A DNA stretch of 64,000 nt from an uncultured Verrucomicrobiae bacterium (GCA_963837955.1 CAWIPH010000002.1:4064001-4128000); one strand, 5' to 3'. Shown: positions 9,715 through 18,948, counted from the first letter of the stretch. Translations and numbers: made by a program. The notes: a model not told the origin generated them from the letters alone.

Positions 9715-11231
9715 TTTTCCGAACAAAACCGGTCACGCCGCAAAATAACACAACTGATATCCATAGTCTGGGGCGGAGTTGGATCGAATATCGTGAAGCT
9801 GACAAGCCAACCGCGCTCGGTGGGCGCGAACTGCACCTCCTTCACTTGGCCACCTTGGTTTGCCACAACGTAAGGACGCAGTTCATCCACGGGAATCGTC
9901 CCTCCACTATCCGGCTTCGCATACTCGACCGTGAAACGCGTCTCTCCCGTTCGTGGACTGGGGTGAACCGTTGTCGAAATGACTCGGAATTGGCTTGTGT
10001 CTGGCTCTTTACCATCCCAAACCAGCTGGTAAGCAAACTCGTACCGGCTGCCCGCCTCCGGAGTATTGGCCAGCTCCCATCCTGCTACCATATTGTCGCT
10101 ATACTCGTCCGAAGAAGGGATCTCCAGCAATCGCACGTATCCGGGGCCAAAATCGCTTTTCGGGATAGCGGTCAAATTAGGGCGGCGGTGATATTCGGCT
10201 TCCAGATCCAGGTAATGGGTGAGGTCGCGGTCACGTTGGAGAAGCGCAAATGATGTCACACCGGAAAACTTTCGCACTAGGACCGATTTTGGGTTGTCTA
10301 ATGGAGCCCATAATTTTTCACCGGAAGTAGTTTCCATCAAAAGTCCGTCAGAGTCGTGCACTTCGGGCCGGAATTCCCGACGCTTAAAATCAGTCCTGTT
10401 CATCGAAAACTCCATCTTCCCGGTAGGTTGATAGTCGGGCTTCAGCGTCGGTTTATTCACGGTGTTCTCGCCAAAATAAAACATGCTCGTCAGCGGCACG
10501 AGGACCACAACCTGCGGTTTTTTTCGAAAAAAGAGTGTCGCTTGGATGTCCATCGTGGTCGCCTCGCCGTAGTGCACCACGAATTGATAACCGCCCGTAA
10601 CGCTTTGGCTGTCCAACAGCGCGTAGAATTGCAGGCTGGTGTCACTTGGCTTTGGTTGGCGAATCCAGAACTCGGTAAAATCCGGAAACTCTTCCACCTC
10701 ACTTCCGCCGGTGTTGATGCCCAATCCGCGGGTGGACAATCCCCAATGCAGACCTTTGGCGATAGCTCGGAAATAGCTGGCGCCAAGGAATGAAAGAAAC
10801 TCGTCCTGAATGCCAGGGCGACTCGAAGGGACAAAAACCTTGAGACCGGCGAAACATTCTCGCCCACTGAAGACGACCTCCTTGTCGTAGTGGAAATAGG
10901 AAGGCGAAAAAGGAATGTCCCTAAGCCGGTCGGGTTCAATCGCATGAAATAGAACGCGTCTCTTGTAATAGTATCCCGGGTGAAAGAATCCGAGACGATA
11001 AGGGAGAAAGGGCCAGACTGTGTGCTCTGGCAAAAAGCGGATTCGTCGGTAGAGATCATAATCCAGGTTTTGCAGGTCAGGAGAAAGCTGTTGTAGTTGA
11101 GGTGTAAAGGGCTGTCGCGCCAATGTCTCGGCTTTCTTTACGATGTCGCCATAGCCGAAGACCGGCTCATCTTGAGCAGCAACCGTGCCCGCGCAGGCAA
11201 GAGCTGCCAGCAACCCCGACCAAATTTTCAT
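9690..11231 (-). CDS. opgG: Periplasmic glucan biosynthesis protein OpgG/OpgD family
   Basis: LDYDLYRRIRF, SFLGASYFRA, EEFPDFTEFW, PLTSMFYFGEN, RPEVHDSDGL, LLQRDR; signal peptide from ATG11231. Confidence 0.92.
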   Translation of the reverse strand: MKIWSGLLAALACAGTVAAQDEPVFGYGDIVKKAETLARQPFTPQLQQLSPDLQNLDYDLYRRIRFLPEHTVWPFLPYRLGFFHPGYYYKRRVLFHAIEPDRLRDIPFSPSYFHYDKEVVFSGRECFAGLKVFVPSSRPGIQDEFLSFLGASYFRAIAKGLHWGLSTRGLGINTGGSEVEEFPDFTEFWIRQPKPSDTSLQFYALLDSQSVTGGYQFVVHYGEATTMDIQATLFFRKKPQVVVLVPLTSMFYFGENTVNKPTLKPDYQPTGKMEFSMNRTDFKRREFRPEVHDSDGLLMETTSGEKLWAPLDNPKSVLVRKFSGVTSFALLQRDRDLTHYLDLEAEYHRRPNLTAIPKSDFGPGYVRLLEIPSSDEYSDNMVAGWELANTPEAGSRYEFAYQLVWDGKEPDTSQFRVISTTVHPSPRTGETRFTVEYAKPDSGGTIPVDELRPYVVANQGGQVKEVQFAPTERGWLVSFTIFDPTPPQTMDISCVILRRDRFCSEKWLYLLNT

Positions 11232-11294
11232 AAGCGAGGGACGATGGCAGCAGCTATACAAGCTCGTCAACTTGCATGTTGCAAAAACTCCACC

Positions 11295-11486
11295 GAGTAG
11301 CCTGGTCCTCCCGGCTCAGAGTAGCCTGATGCTCCAGCCTCAGGGAGCGTGCCGGTGAGAGGTGGTTGGTGAGAGGGTGGTGAGAAATTTCTGCCGAGGG
11401 TTTGCCGATAGGCATCCACCAATCACTTCTCACAATCGCAGTGTCCTCGGTTCCTGAGGCTGGAGCATCAGGCTACTCGGCTACTC
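11295..11486. repeat. REPIN/BIME-like element, copy 1 (inverted pair of GTAG-type REPs)
   Basis: GAGTAGCCTGATGCTCCAGCCTCAGG at 11319-11344 and its exact reverse complement at 11453-11478; homologous to 15281-15502. Confidence 0.85.
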
Positions 11487-11505
11487 CGAAGCCCGTCCGC
11501 ACCGC

Positions 11506-12117
11506 TCAACGCGATCGGCGAATCAACCCGATCATGACGCCCTGTATGAGTAACTCGGCAGCCGGGATTAGATCAGGATATGCTGCATTTTCCGCTTTCA
11601 AGAAAGGTTTGCCTCTTTTGAGCTGATAGCGTTTGAGCGTGACTTCGCCGTCGATCAAAGCGGCCACAATATCACCCTCCCGAGGCGTGGCTCGGGTCAG
11701 CAACACGGTGTCTCCATCAGCAATTTGGGCACCGATCATCGATTCTCCCCGTACCCTTAGCGCGAAAACCTCGCTGGTTTCGTTGACACCAAAGAACTTG
11801 GCATCGACCGCGAACCTTGTTTCCTCCATTGCGGCCGAATCGGTGGCGCGACCCGCGGGGATCGCCCCCAATAGCGGCACGAATCGATGCTCGGAACGCA
11901 GTTTCATTTCCGGATCGCTTAAGCCTCGAGCTTTATGAGGAGAGCGACTGATGACACCTTTCCGCTCGAGCGCACGCAAGTGGTTCATCGCAGCGGTCTG
12001 ACTCTGAAAATGAAAATGCCGTTGAATTTCGCGACTAGTTGGCGGGAACCCAGTCTCTCGCTGGTGCTGGCGTATGAAATTGAGCACCGCTCGTTGTCGC
12101 TCCGTCAAAGTCTCCAT
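11506..12117 (-). CDS. lexA: SOS repressor LexA
   Basis: LTERQRAVL, GFPPTSREI, HLRALERKG; AG cleavage site (IPAG); GESM serine and VTLK lysine. Confidence 0.95.
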   Translation of the reverse strand: METLTERQRAVLNFIRQHQRETGFPPTSREIQRHFHFQSQTAAMNHLRALERKGVISRSPHKARGLSDPEMKLRSEHRFVPLLGAIPAGRATDSAAMEETRFAVDAKFFGVNETSEVFALRVRGESMIGAQIADGDTVLLTRATPREGDIVAALIDGEVTLKRYQLKRGKPFLKAENAAYPDLIPAAELLIQGVMIGLIRRSR

Positions 12118-12120
12118 TAA

Positions 12121-12134
12121 TGTTCACAGGAACA
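12121..12134. promoter_or_regulatory. Verrucomicrobia-type LexA box (TGTTC-N4-GAACA)
   Basis: TGTTC-ACAG-GAACA, 3 nt upstream of the lexA ATG; overlaps a putative minus-strand extended -10 (TGtTAGTGT), with TTGAAA -35 at 12154-12159. Confidence 0.85.
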
Positions 12135-12270
12135 CTAACAGAAATACCGAACTTTTCAATGGCTGTAGCCAAAACAACTTTGGGGACTTCCATACTTTTC
12201 GATTGTGCGCACGGAGCCATTCGCAAATACTGGCAGACCAACGGTCGAGAATCTGGTTACTCCAACTGCT

Positions 12271-13050
12271 ATGCGCCTAATTGAAAAGATCTTGATCGCG
12301 GCCGTCTCTTTCTGTGCCGGTGCAACCGCGAGCATCGGCGAAAACTTACTACCCTCCCACTCCGACCCAAATCAGGTGATTCTCTCGCTCTTGCCGCAAA
12401 TGCCCAAACAAGGTGGGTATTCGGCGTCGAATGCCGCGACTGCAAACCTCCAAGCGGCCGTGAGAGTCTCCGCGGGCCGGCTCACCATCACACCTAGAGT
12501 CGCTGTTCCGAGCTATTGCTCCGGCGCCACCTACCTAGTTTTCGTGCAAGCGGTGGAACAGCTCAATGGCGGAACAGCCATTGCCAGTCCGCTGGCGGAA
12601 CAACTAGCGGTGAAAGGTCAACCCGACGGCGTAGGCGTCTGGGGCCGCTGGAACGCCAACGGTCCGGGCACTGCCTGTCTCTTTCGCGAATTGGACCTCG
12701 GATCAAACTTTACTTCCTGGAACGCAGCAAAACCGGGGGACTTTATGAAAATTTTTTGGAACCCTAATGTTGGCCGGCATGAACATGGCCATTCCGCAAT
12801 CTTTCTGGGTGTCACGCAAGACAACGGCGTCGAGATGGTTCACTTCTGGTCAAGCAACATACCGAATGGCTTTGGCGACAAGGCAGTTCCAAAGACGAAA
12901 ATAGCGTCCGTGATTTTCTCGCGCTTACAAAATGCTCAGAACATCCAACGCGCTCTCTACACATTGTCACCGAGAAATGTTTACCTGGGTAATCTGATCA
13001 GCAAAGATTCCTCTCTAGCCGAGGCGTTGCAGGAGTCAGGCGCGCATTGA
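12271..13050 (+). CDS. Secreted protein, putative NlpC/P60-like (papain-fold) Cys-His hydrolase
   Basis: Signal peptide; SYCSGATY, AKPGDFMKIFW, HGHSAIFLG in NlpC/P60 order. Confidence 0.6.
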   Translation: MRLIEKILIAAVSFCAGATASIGENLLPSHSDPNQVILSLLPQMPKQGGYSASNAATANLQAAVRVSAGRLTITPRVAVPSYCSGATYLVFVQAVEQLNGGTAIASPLAEQLAVKGQPDGVGVWGRWNANGPGTACLFRELDLGSNFTSWNAAKPGDFMKIFWNPNVGRHEHGHSAIFLGVTQDNGVEMVHFWSSNIPNGFGDKAVPKTKIASVIFSRLQNAQNIQRALYTLSPRNVYLGNLISKDSSLAEALQESGAH

Positions 13051-13338
13051 AAGTGCCCGCAGACTTTGTACTACTGAGGAATTCGGTTGTTCGCGAAAAT
13101 TTTCGGCATCACGCTCGCCAAGACCCGAGATAGGCAGGGCGCGGTGTTCCAGAATACGCACGAGGCTACGTCCCGTTCTTAGCGAGTACGACGGCTAGGA
13201 AGATTACGGTTGCGGCCGTGCCGCGCAGTGCACTTGCGGACTCTCTTGCGGGATTCAGAAAAAGCCGTTGCATACCCTCTCGATTTCCTCGACTCTTTCC
13301 GCTGCAATACGCCGTTGTGGAACTCGGTTGTTTTTGTC

Positions 13339-14826
13339 ATGAGCCAAGACTCTGTTGAAAATCAAGAAGGACTTCCAGTGGGGGGAGCTGGGCCGGTACC
13401 GGAAACCGAAGCGCATCCGACGCGTTTCGGGACGACGGCGCTAGGGGGTGGGAATAAGCAACTCGATCAGCTCGGGGAGCTTCCATCCGGTTACCGTCAG
13501 ATGTTCGTGATAGCTCGAGACCCTCATTGGCTTTTTAGCTACTGGGATTTTGATTATGCCGAGTTTCCGCAAAAACGGCAACTGCTGCTTCAGGTGTTTC
13601 GCGGCAGCGAACTTGAGACCACAATTGAGATCAACGAAATCGCCCGCAATTGGTATATCCCGGTGCAACGTGCGGACGCCGACTACCGGGTCGGGCTCTG
13701 TTGGAAAAGCGAGGACGGTACGATCCGAACCATCGGTGAAGCGGGCCCGACGCACACGCCTCCGGAAGCGATCAGTCCGCAATGGGACAGCCAGTTTGCG
13801 ACGGTTCCGTTCCATTTAGGGTTCAATTTTTTGCTGGATGTTGTTGAGGCAGCTAAGGCAACGGGAGAACCACTCACCCAAGCTTTAGCGCGCCTGCAAC
13901 AGACTGCGGCAGCGAACCTGGGGGGTCCTTCAAGCTGGAGCCAATCACAGCTGCGCGTTCTAGAGACGTTGCTCGGCAAGGCTTTCGTCGAACAGCTCTC
14001 CTCGATGAGTACAGGGGAGCTTAGCAGCTACTTGCAGACCAATTTAGCCACTCAACTTGATTCGGAGTCGGCCAGCGAATTAGTGGCCAAAGGTCGCTTA
14101 GCGCAGCTTCTCGCTCCAGAAGCGTCCAGCCTATTTAGCGCGTTCCGAGAAATTTTTGGCCGTGAACTTTCTAGTGCCGGGTTGAGTAGTCTAAACTTAT
14201 CTTCAGCCGCGGAATCATCCGAAACGTTAGCAGCTGGCGGCCAATCCTTGGCGAGTTGGCAGGGCGCCGGAAGCGAACGAGCTGAGCTAAGTTCGTTCGA
14301 GTTATCGAGTGGCTTATTAAGTAGCGCGGAACTCAGTTCGGGTGTTTTGAGCTCATTCGCAGGCGCTTCGGAGTTAGGTGCACTTGGCTTAAGCTCGGCT
14401 GAGTTGACTTCCTCGGCTTTGAGTTCTGCCGGCTGGTCGGGTCTCGAATTTCCACTGTCCAGTTGGAGCGAGCTGGCATCGGAAAGCAGCCTTTCTAGCG
14501 GGTTCGGCTCGAGTTGGAGCGGAGCAGTGGAACGCGGGTTCTTCATGCACGTCAATGCGGAGGTTATTTTCTATGGGGGCACCGATCCGCGAGCCAAGGT
14601 AACGGTGGCTGGTCAACCAATCCAACTTCAGCCGGACGGCACGTTTCGTTATCATTTTAAATTTCCGGACAGCGATTTTGAGATTCCCATCGTTGCGGTG
14701 TCACCGGACGGCATAGAAACTCGCTCTGCCGTTCTGTACTTCCGGAGAGATACTATTCGCCAGGGCGATGTGGGTGCTACTGGCCAGCCCTCTCATCTGC
14801 ACGATCCGATGGGCGCCAGGAGCTAG
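13339..14826 (+). CDS. DUF4912-domain protein with Ser-rich linker and C-terminal beta-sandwich
   Basis: IARDPHWLFSYWD, ARNWYIPV; C-terminal FFMHVNAEVIFYGGTDP...DGTFRYHFKFPD. Confidence 0.8.
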   Translation: MSQDSVENQEGLPVGGAGPVPETEAHPTRFGTTALGGGNKQLDQLGELPSGYRQMFVIARDPHWLFSYWDFDYAEFPQKRQLLLQVFRGSELETTIEINEIARNWYIPVQRADADYRVGLCWKSEDGTIRTIGEAGPTHTPPEAISPQWDSQFATVPFHLGFNFLLDVVEAAKATGEPLTQALARLQQTAAANLGGPSSWSQSQLRVLETLLGKAFVEQLSSMSTGELSSYLQTNLATQLDSESASELVAKGRLAQLLAPEASSLFSAFREIFGRELSSAGLSSLNLSSAAESSETLAAGGQSLASWQGAGSERAELSSFELSSGLLSSAELSSGVLSSFAGASELGALGLSSAELTSSALSSAGWSGLEFPLSSWSELASESSLSSGFGSSWSGAVERGFFMHVNAEVIFYGGTDPRAKVTVAGQPIQLQPDGTFRYHFKFPDSDFEIPIVAVSPDGIETRSAVLYFRRDTIRQGDVGATGQPSHLHDPMGARS

Positions 14827-14848
14827 TGGCTCTCCGCACTCTTGTGAG

Positions 14849-15286
14849 ATGCAAGGAGCCTCCGAAATCGTTGCCCGACTGAGAATCTGCTACGCGAGGG
14901 AAATCGAAACTGTCGAATACTATTTGGTCAATGCGATCGACTTGGAAGGCGATCGGGCGGAACCCGTCAAAAATTTGCTCGATGAAGAAGTGCAAACTGC
15001 GCTAAGTCACGCGCGCCGACTGGCAAAGCGTATTAAGGCGATAGCGCAGGGTTCGCTGGCACTACCTAGCCTGCAAAACGGCAAACAGACACTTGCCGAT
15101 CAAGCTGACATCGATTCGTTTCTTCGCGATGCCATCAAGTCGTTGGAAACGGCGATGGAACAATACGAGGGAATTATCAAGCTCTGCGACGGCCACGATG
15201 TTCTGACCCAGGACCTGGTAATCGAACTCTTGGTGGACGAACGGGAGCGACGACGGCGCTTCATGGCGTTTCTGCCGGAAGAGTAG
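14849..15286 (+). CDS. Ferritin-like four-helix bundle protein with degenerate di-iron site
   Basis: REIETVEYY, HARRLAKRIK, IIKLCDGHDVLTQDLVIELLVDE. Confidence 0.75.
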   Translation: MQGASEIVARLRICYAREIETVEYYLVNAIDLEGDRAEPVKNLLDEEVQTALSHARRLAKRIKAIAQGSLALPSLQNGKQTLADQADIDSFLRDAIKSLETAMEQYEGIIKLCDGHDVLTQDLVIELLVDERERRRRFMAFLPEE

Positions 15287-15502
15287 CCTGATCCTCCCGG
15301 CTCGGGGTAGCCTGATGCTCCAGCCTCAGGGAGGGTACTTGTGATTAGTGATCAGTGAGAGGAGTGGTAAAAGGGGCCGGGAGAGATTTCTGCCGACGAT
15401 TTGTCGATAGGAATTCACCGTTCACCGATCACTTCTCACAATTGCGGTGTCCTGGGTTCCTGAGGCTGGAGCATCAGGCCACTTGGAAGCATCAGGCTGC
15501 TC
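15281..15502. repeat. REPIN/BIME-like element, copy 2
   Basis: GTAGCCTGATGCTCCAGCCTCAGG at 15307-15330, inverted copy at 15459-15482, partial flanking copies; same layout as 11295-11486. Confidence 0.85.
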
Positions 15503-15547
15503 TTTGGCGATTGTTATCCTATTCCGATTAAGTTACCATCGCTCCCA

Positions 15548-16447
15548 ATGGCGCCGTCAAAAAAGGATCGATGGGTCGACCAATTTATTTCCTATCTCGA
15601 TGTCGAACGGGCCGCATCATCTCGAACTGTGATCGCCTACCGCCATGCTCTCGATCGGTTTAAGGCATTCCAAGGGGGGACAGTCGCATGGCATTCTGTT
15701 ACCGCCCACGAATTCCGCGCGTTCTTGCTGGCCTGTATGAAAGCGAATATGGCGCGCTCTTATGTGCGACTCACCTTCGCGGCATTACGCAGTTTTTACC
15801 GCTTTTTAGCGGAGCGCGCCGGACTAACGGTTAATCCCCTCAAAGAAGTAAGTTTACCCAAGCTAGAGAAGAAGCTACCCATCGTGCTCTCGATCACTCA
15901 AGTTAGCGAACTACTCGATAAACCGGCCCAAGTTGAGAAAAAGAATCAGGCGCCAAGCTGGGGGGCTGGCCGGGACGCAGCTATCCTTGAACTTTTTTAT
16001 AGCAGCGGCCTCCGGTTGAGCGAACTCGTTGCTCTGGATGTGGCCGACGTCGACGTTTATGCGGAGTCGGTCCGGGTTCTTGGCAAGGGTCGCAAAGAAC
16101 GGGTGGTGCCGGTCGGTGATTTGGCGTTGCAGGCCATTCAGAAATATCGCCAGGACGCTCGCGTCCACACAGGTCCCCTTTTTATCAGTAAGTTGCGAAA
16201 GCGCCTCTCCGCGCGGTCGGTCTGGCTCATCCTCAAGAAATATCTCCAGAACACGTCGATCCAACTGCCGGTGAGTCCGCATAAGCTCCGGCACAGCTTC
16301 GCTACGCACTTACTCGAAAACGGGGCAGACCTCCGAAGTGTTCAGACATTACTCGGACATGCTAATCTCTCGACCACCCAGATCTACACGCACGTCACCG
16401 TCGAAAGACTGAAGAAGGCGTACGACGACTCGCATCCGCGAGCCTAG
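15548..16447 (+). CDS. xerC: Tyrosine recombinase XerC
   Basis: LFYSSGLRLSEL, VLGKGRKER, HKLRHSFATHLL, LLGHANLSTTQIYTH, HPRA end; XerC vs XerD assignment is less certain. Confidence 0.85.
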   Translation: MAPSKKDRWVDQFISYLDVERAASSRTVIAYRHALDRFKAFQGGTVAWHSVTAHEFRAFLLACMKANMARSYVRLTFAALRSFYRFLAERAGLTVNPLKEVSLPKLEKKLPIVLSITQVSELLDKPAQVEKKNQAPSWGAGRDAAILELFYSSGLRLSELVALDVADVDVYAESVRVLGKGRKERVVPVGDLALQAIQKYRQDARVHTGPLFISKLRKRLSARSVWLILKKYLQNTSIQLPVSPHKLRHSFATHLLENGADLRSVQTLLGHANLSTTQIYTHVTVERLKKAYDDSHPRA

Positions 16448-16599
16448 GGCCGCTCGAGGCTTCGCTCTCATCGGACTCGCCCGCTTGAATGGTTCTGTGG
16501 CCGGAATTCTGGAAACCGAATAATCCTGATCGAAGCGCGCTTTGTATTTGCGGACGGCAACCGGTTGTTGCACCTCAAATACAATCACTCCTCGATCCC

Positions 16600-17655
16600 A
16601 TGACCAATCCCCTCAGAGTCGTCGTTGTCGGTTCCGGTATCGGTGCTCAGCATGTCCGAGGTTATCGTGCGGCTTCCGACCTCTTCGAGATAACCGCGAT
16701 TTGCGACATCGACCCTGAGCGCGGAGCAGCTCTCGCCGAAGAATGCGGAATCCAGCTCCTTACTGATTTCGAAGCAGCGATTCATCGCACCGATGTCGAC
16801 ATCGTCGATCTCTGTACCCCTCCCACCCTGCATTTTCAGCAAATGTGCGCAGCGATCGAAGCGGGTAAACACGTGATCTGTGAAAAGCCGATCGTTGGTA
16901 GCTTGGCTGAGCTGGATCAAGTGGAAGATCTTGCCCAGAGGACAGGCAAACAAATTATGCCGATTTTCCAATATCGGTTCGGTCGTGGCCTACAAAAATT
17001 GAAGTATTTGATCGAACGCCAGCTCACGGGTGAAGCATTCGTCTTCAATGTTGATGTAGCTTGGTGGCGTTCGGGTGACTACTATTCGATTCCGTGGCGC
17101 GGCAAGCGGGCGACGGAGCTGGGTGGCGCACTTCTGAGCCAGGCGATTCATGCCGTCGATATGGTTTTTTATATACTGGGTCCGGCGCGGTCGCTCTTCG
17201 CTCGGACTGCCACGCGGGTTAATCCGATCGAGGTTGAAGATTGCGTGGCGATTGCAATAGAGATGGGTGACGGCTCACTCGGTACGATCTCTGTTACGCT
17301 TGGTTCGGCTGGGCAAATTTCGCGCCATCGTTTTACATTTCGCAATCTGAGTGCGGAAAGTAATGCCGAGCCATACACTAATTCCGGCGAACCTTGGATG
17401 TTTTCGTTTCCCGAGGAAAAGCGAGGACTACAAATCGAACAAGCCCTCGCTGAATTCACGCCTTCAGCGGAAGGATATGAGGGACAGTTCCGGCGCTTTC
17501 ACCAATCTTTCATTCACGGGGAATCTCCGCCGGTGACCTTAGCGGATGCACGTCGAGTTCTGGAGTTTATCGGTGCTGTCTATTCTTCTGCGGAAAGCGG
17601 AGAGCGCGTTTCCCTTCCTTTGACCAGAACGAACCCGAAATACAATCGGTTTTAG
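16600..17655 (+). CDS. Gfo/Idh/MocA-family oxidoreductase
   Basis: VVVVGSGIG, GKHVICEKP, GGALLSQAIHAVD. Confidence 0.88.
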   Translation: MTNPLRVVVVGSGIGAQHVRGYRAASDLFEITAICDIDPERGAALAEECGIQLLTDFEAAIHRTDVDIVDLCTPPTLHFQQMCAAIEAGKHVICEKPIVGSLAELDQVEDLAQRTGKQIMPIFQYRFGRGLQKLKYLIERQLTGEAFVFNVDVAWWRSGDYYSIPWRGKRATELGGALLSQAIHAVDMVFYILGPARSLFARTATRVNPIEVEDCVAIAIEMGDGSLGTISVTLGSAGQISRHRFTFRNLSAESNAEPYTNSGEPWMFSFPEEKRGLQIEQALAEFTPSAEGYEGQFRRFHQSFIHGESPPVTLADARRVLEFIGAVYSSAESGERVSLPLTRTNPKYNRF

Positions 17656-17708
17656 ATAAGACCAATGGCGCACGTTGAAGAAGGCATTCGCCGAACGCTG
17701 AAAAACCC

Positions 17709-18788
17709 ATGTCTGAAGTTTGGGAAAATATCTTAAAAGAAGCACCCCGGCCGGCTAGCGCTTGTCGGCCCGGTGAGTTCCGCGTGGCTGCGGTCGGCTT
17801 GGATCACAATCACATTTATGGAATGTGCCAAGGCTTGATTGAAGCGGGAGCCTCGATCGAATTGGTTTTTGATGCGGATCCATCCAAGGTCGGAGCATTC
17901 CAAGAAAAATACCCCTCCGCCAAATCTGCGCGGTCGCTTGACGAAGTCCTCGAGTCCCAAGCAATTCAGTTGGTCGCTTGCGCATCGATTCCCAGCGACC
18001 GGGCTCAGGTTGCGGCTCAAGCGCTCAAAGCCGGCAAAGATTTCTTCGTCGACAAACCGCCGTTGACGAGCCTCCCGCAATTGGCGTCTACCCGCGAAAT
18101 CGTCAAAAGCTCACAACGAAAATTTCTGGTTTACTTTAGCGAACGGCTACACAACGAAAGCGCAACCGCAGCGTCCATCCTGGTTGAGCGAGGCGCTATC
18201 GGCCGGGTGTTGCAAGTGATAGGGCTCGGTCCTCACCGACTGAACGCTGCCAGTCGGCCCGACTGGTTTTTCCAACGCGCCCGGTACGGTGGAATTCTTT
18301 GCGATATCGGCAGCCACCAAATCGAACAATTCCTGTACTTCTCCGGATCGAAAGACGCGACCATTTTAAGCGCAGCGGTTGCTAACTACGATCACCCCGA
18401 CAGACCGGAACTGGAGGATTTCGGAGAAGCGAGTTTGGTAGGTGATAACGGGTCTAGTAACTACTTCCGAGTAGATTGGTTCACGCCTGATGGATTATCG
18501 AGCTGGGGCGATGGCCGGACGATCATCTTAGGAACGGAAGGGTATCTCGAGCTACGAAAGAACGTCGATATCGGCCGCGACCGAGGCGACCAAGTTTACC
18601 TGGTTAACTCACAAGGTGAATTCCATTTCCCGGTCGCCGGCAAAATAGGTTATCCGTTCTTTGAGCTCATGATACGCGACTGCCTGGAGCGCACGAATCG
18701 AGCGATGAGTCAGGAGCACATCTTTAGAGCAAGTGAGCTCTGCTTAAAGGCACAAGCGCAGGCAGTTCGGTTATGGCCGGTTGCCTAA
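17709..18788 (+). CDS. Gfo/Idh/MocA-family oxidoreductase
   Basis: AVGLDHNHIY, GKDFFVDKP, GGILCDIGSHQIEQF. Confidence 0.88.
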   Translation: MSEVWENILKEAPRPASACRPGEFRVAAVGLDHNHIYGMCQGLIEAGASIELVFDADPSKVGAFQEKYPSAKSARSLDEVLESQAIQLVACASIPSDRAQVAAQALKAGKDFFVDKPPLTSLPQLASTREIVKSSQRKFLVYFSERLHNESATAASILVERGAIGRVLQVIGLGPHRLNAASRPDWFFQRARYGGILCDIGSHQIEQFLYFSGSKDATILSAAVANYDHPDRPELEDFGEASLVGDNGSSNYFRVDWFTPDGLSSWGDGRTIILGTEGYLELRKNVDIGRDRGDQVYLVNSQGEFHFPVAGKIGYPFFELMIRDCLERTNRAMSQEHIFRASELCLKAQAQAVRLWPVA

Positions 18789-18881
18789 CCTACAGAGACT
18801 TACTAGTGCACGGCCATCCCCGTCTCGAAACTCGCCCGCAATGGTAGGGCAAAACCTCAGCGCTTCCGCGATACCCATAAT

Positions 18882-18937
18882 GGTAGGGTGAAAGCCTGGC
18901 GCGGTCTCAGCCGCGCCGGCTTGAGCCTTTCGTACCT
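18882..18937 (+). repeat. Left GTAG-type REP/inverted repeat flanking the RAYT
   Basis: GGTAGGGTGAAAGCCTGG...CGTACCT; 45/56 identical to the reverse complement of 19449-19504; truncated extra copy at 18843. Confidence 0.8.
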
Positions 18938-18948
18938 CATCGCGCGCC

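Noticed and set aside
15548..16447. Tyrosine recombinase as a phage or island integrase
   Set aside because: Size and HPRA terminus fit chromosomal XerC/D; no tRNA, att repeat, dif-like site or phage genes seen nearby
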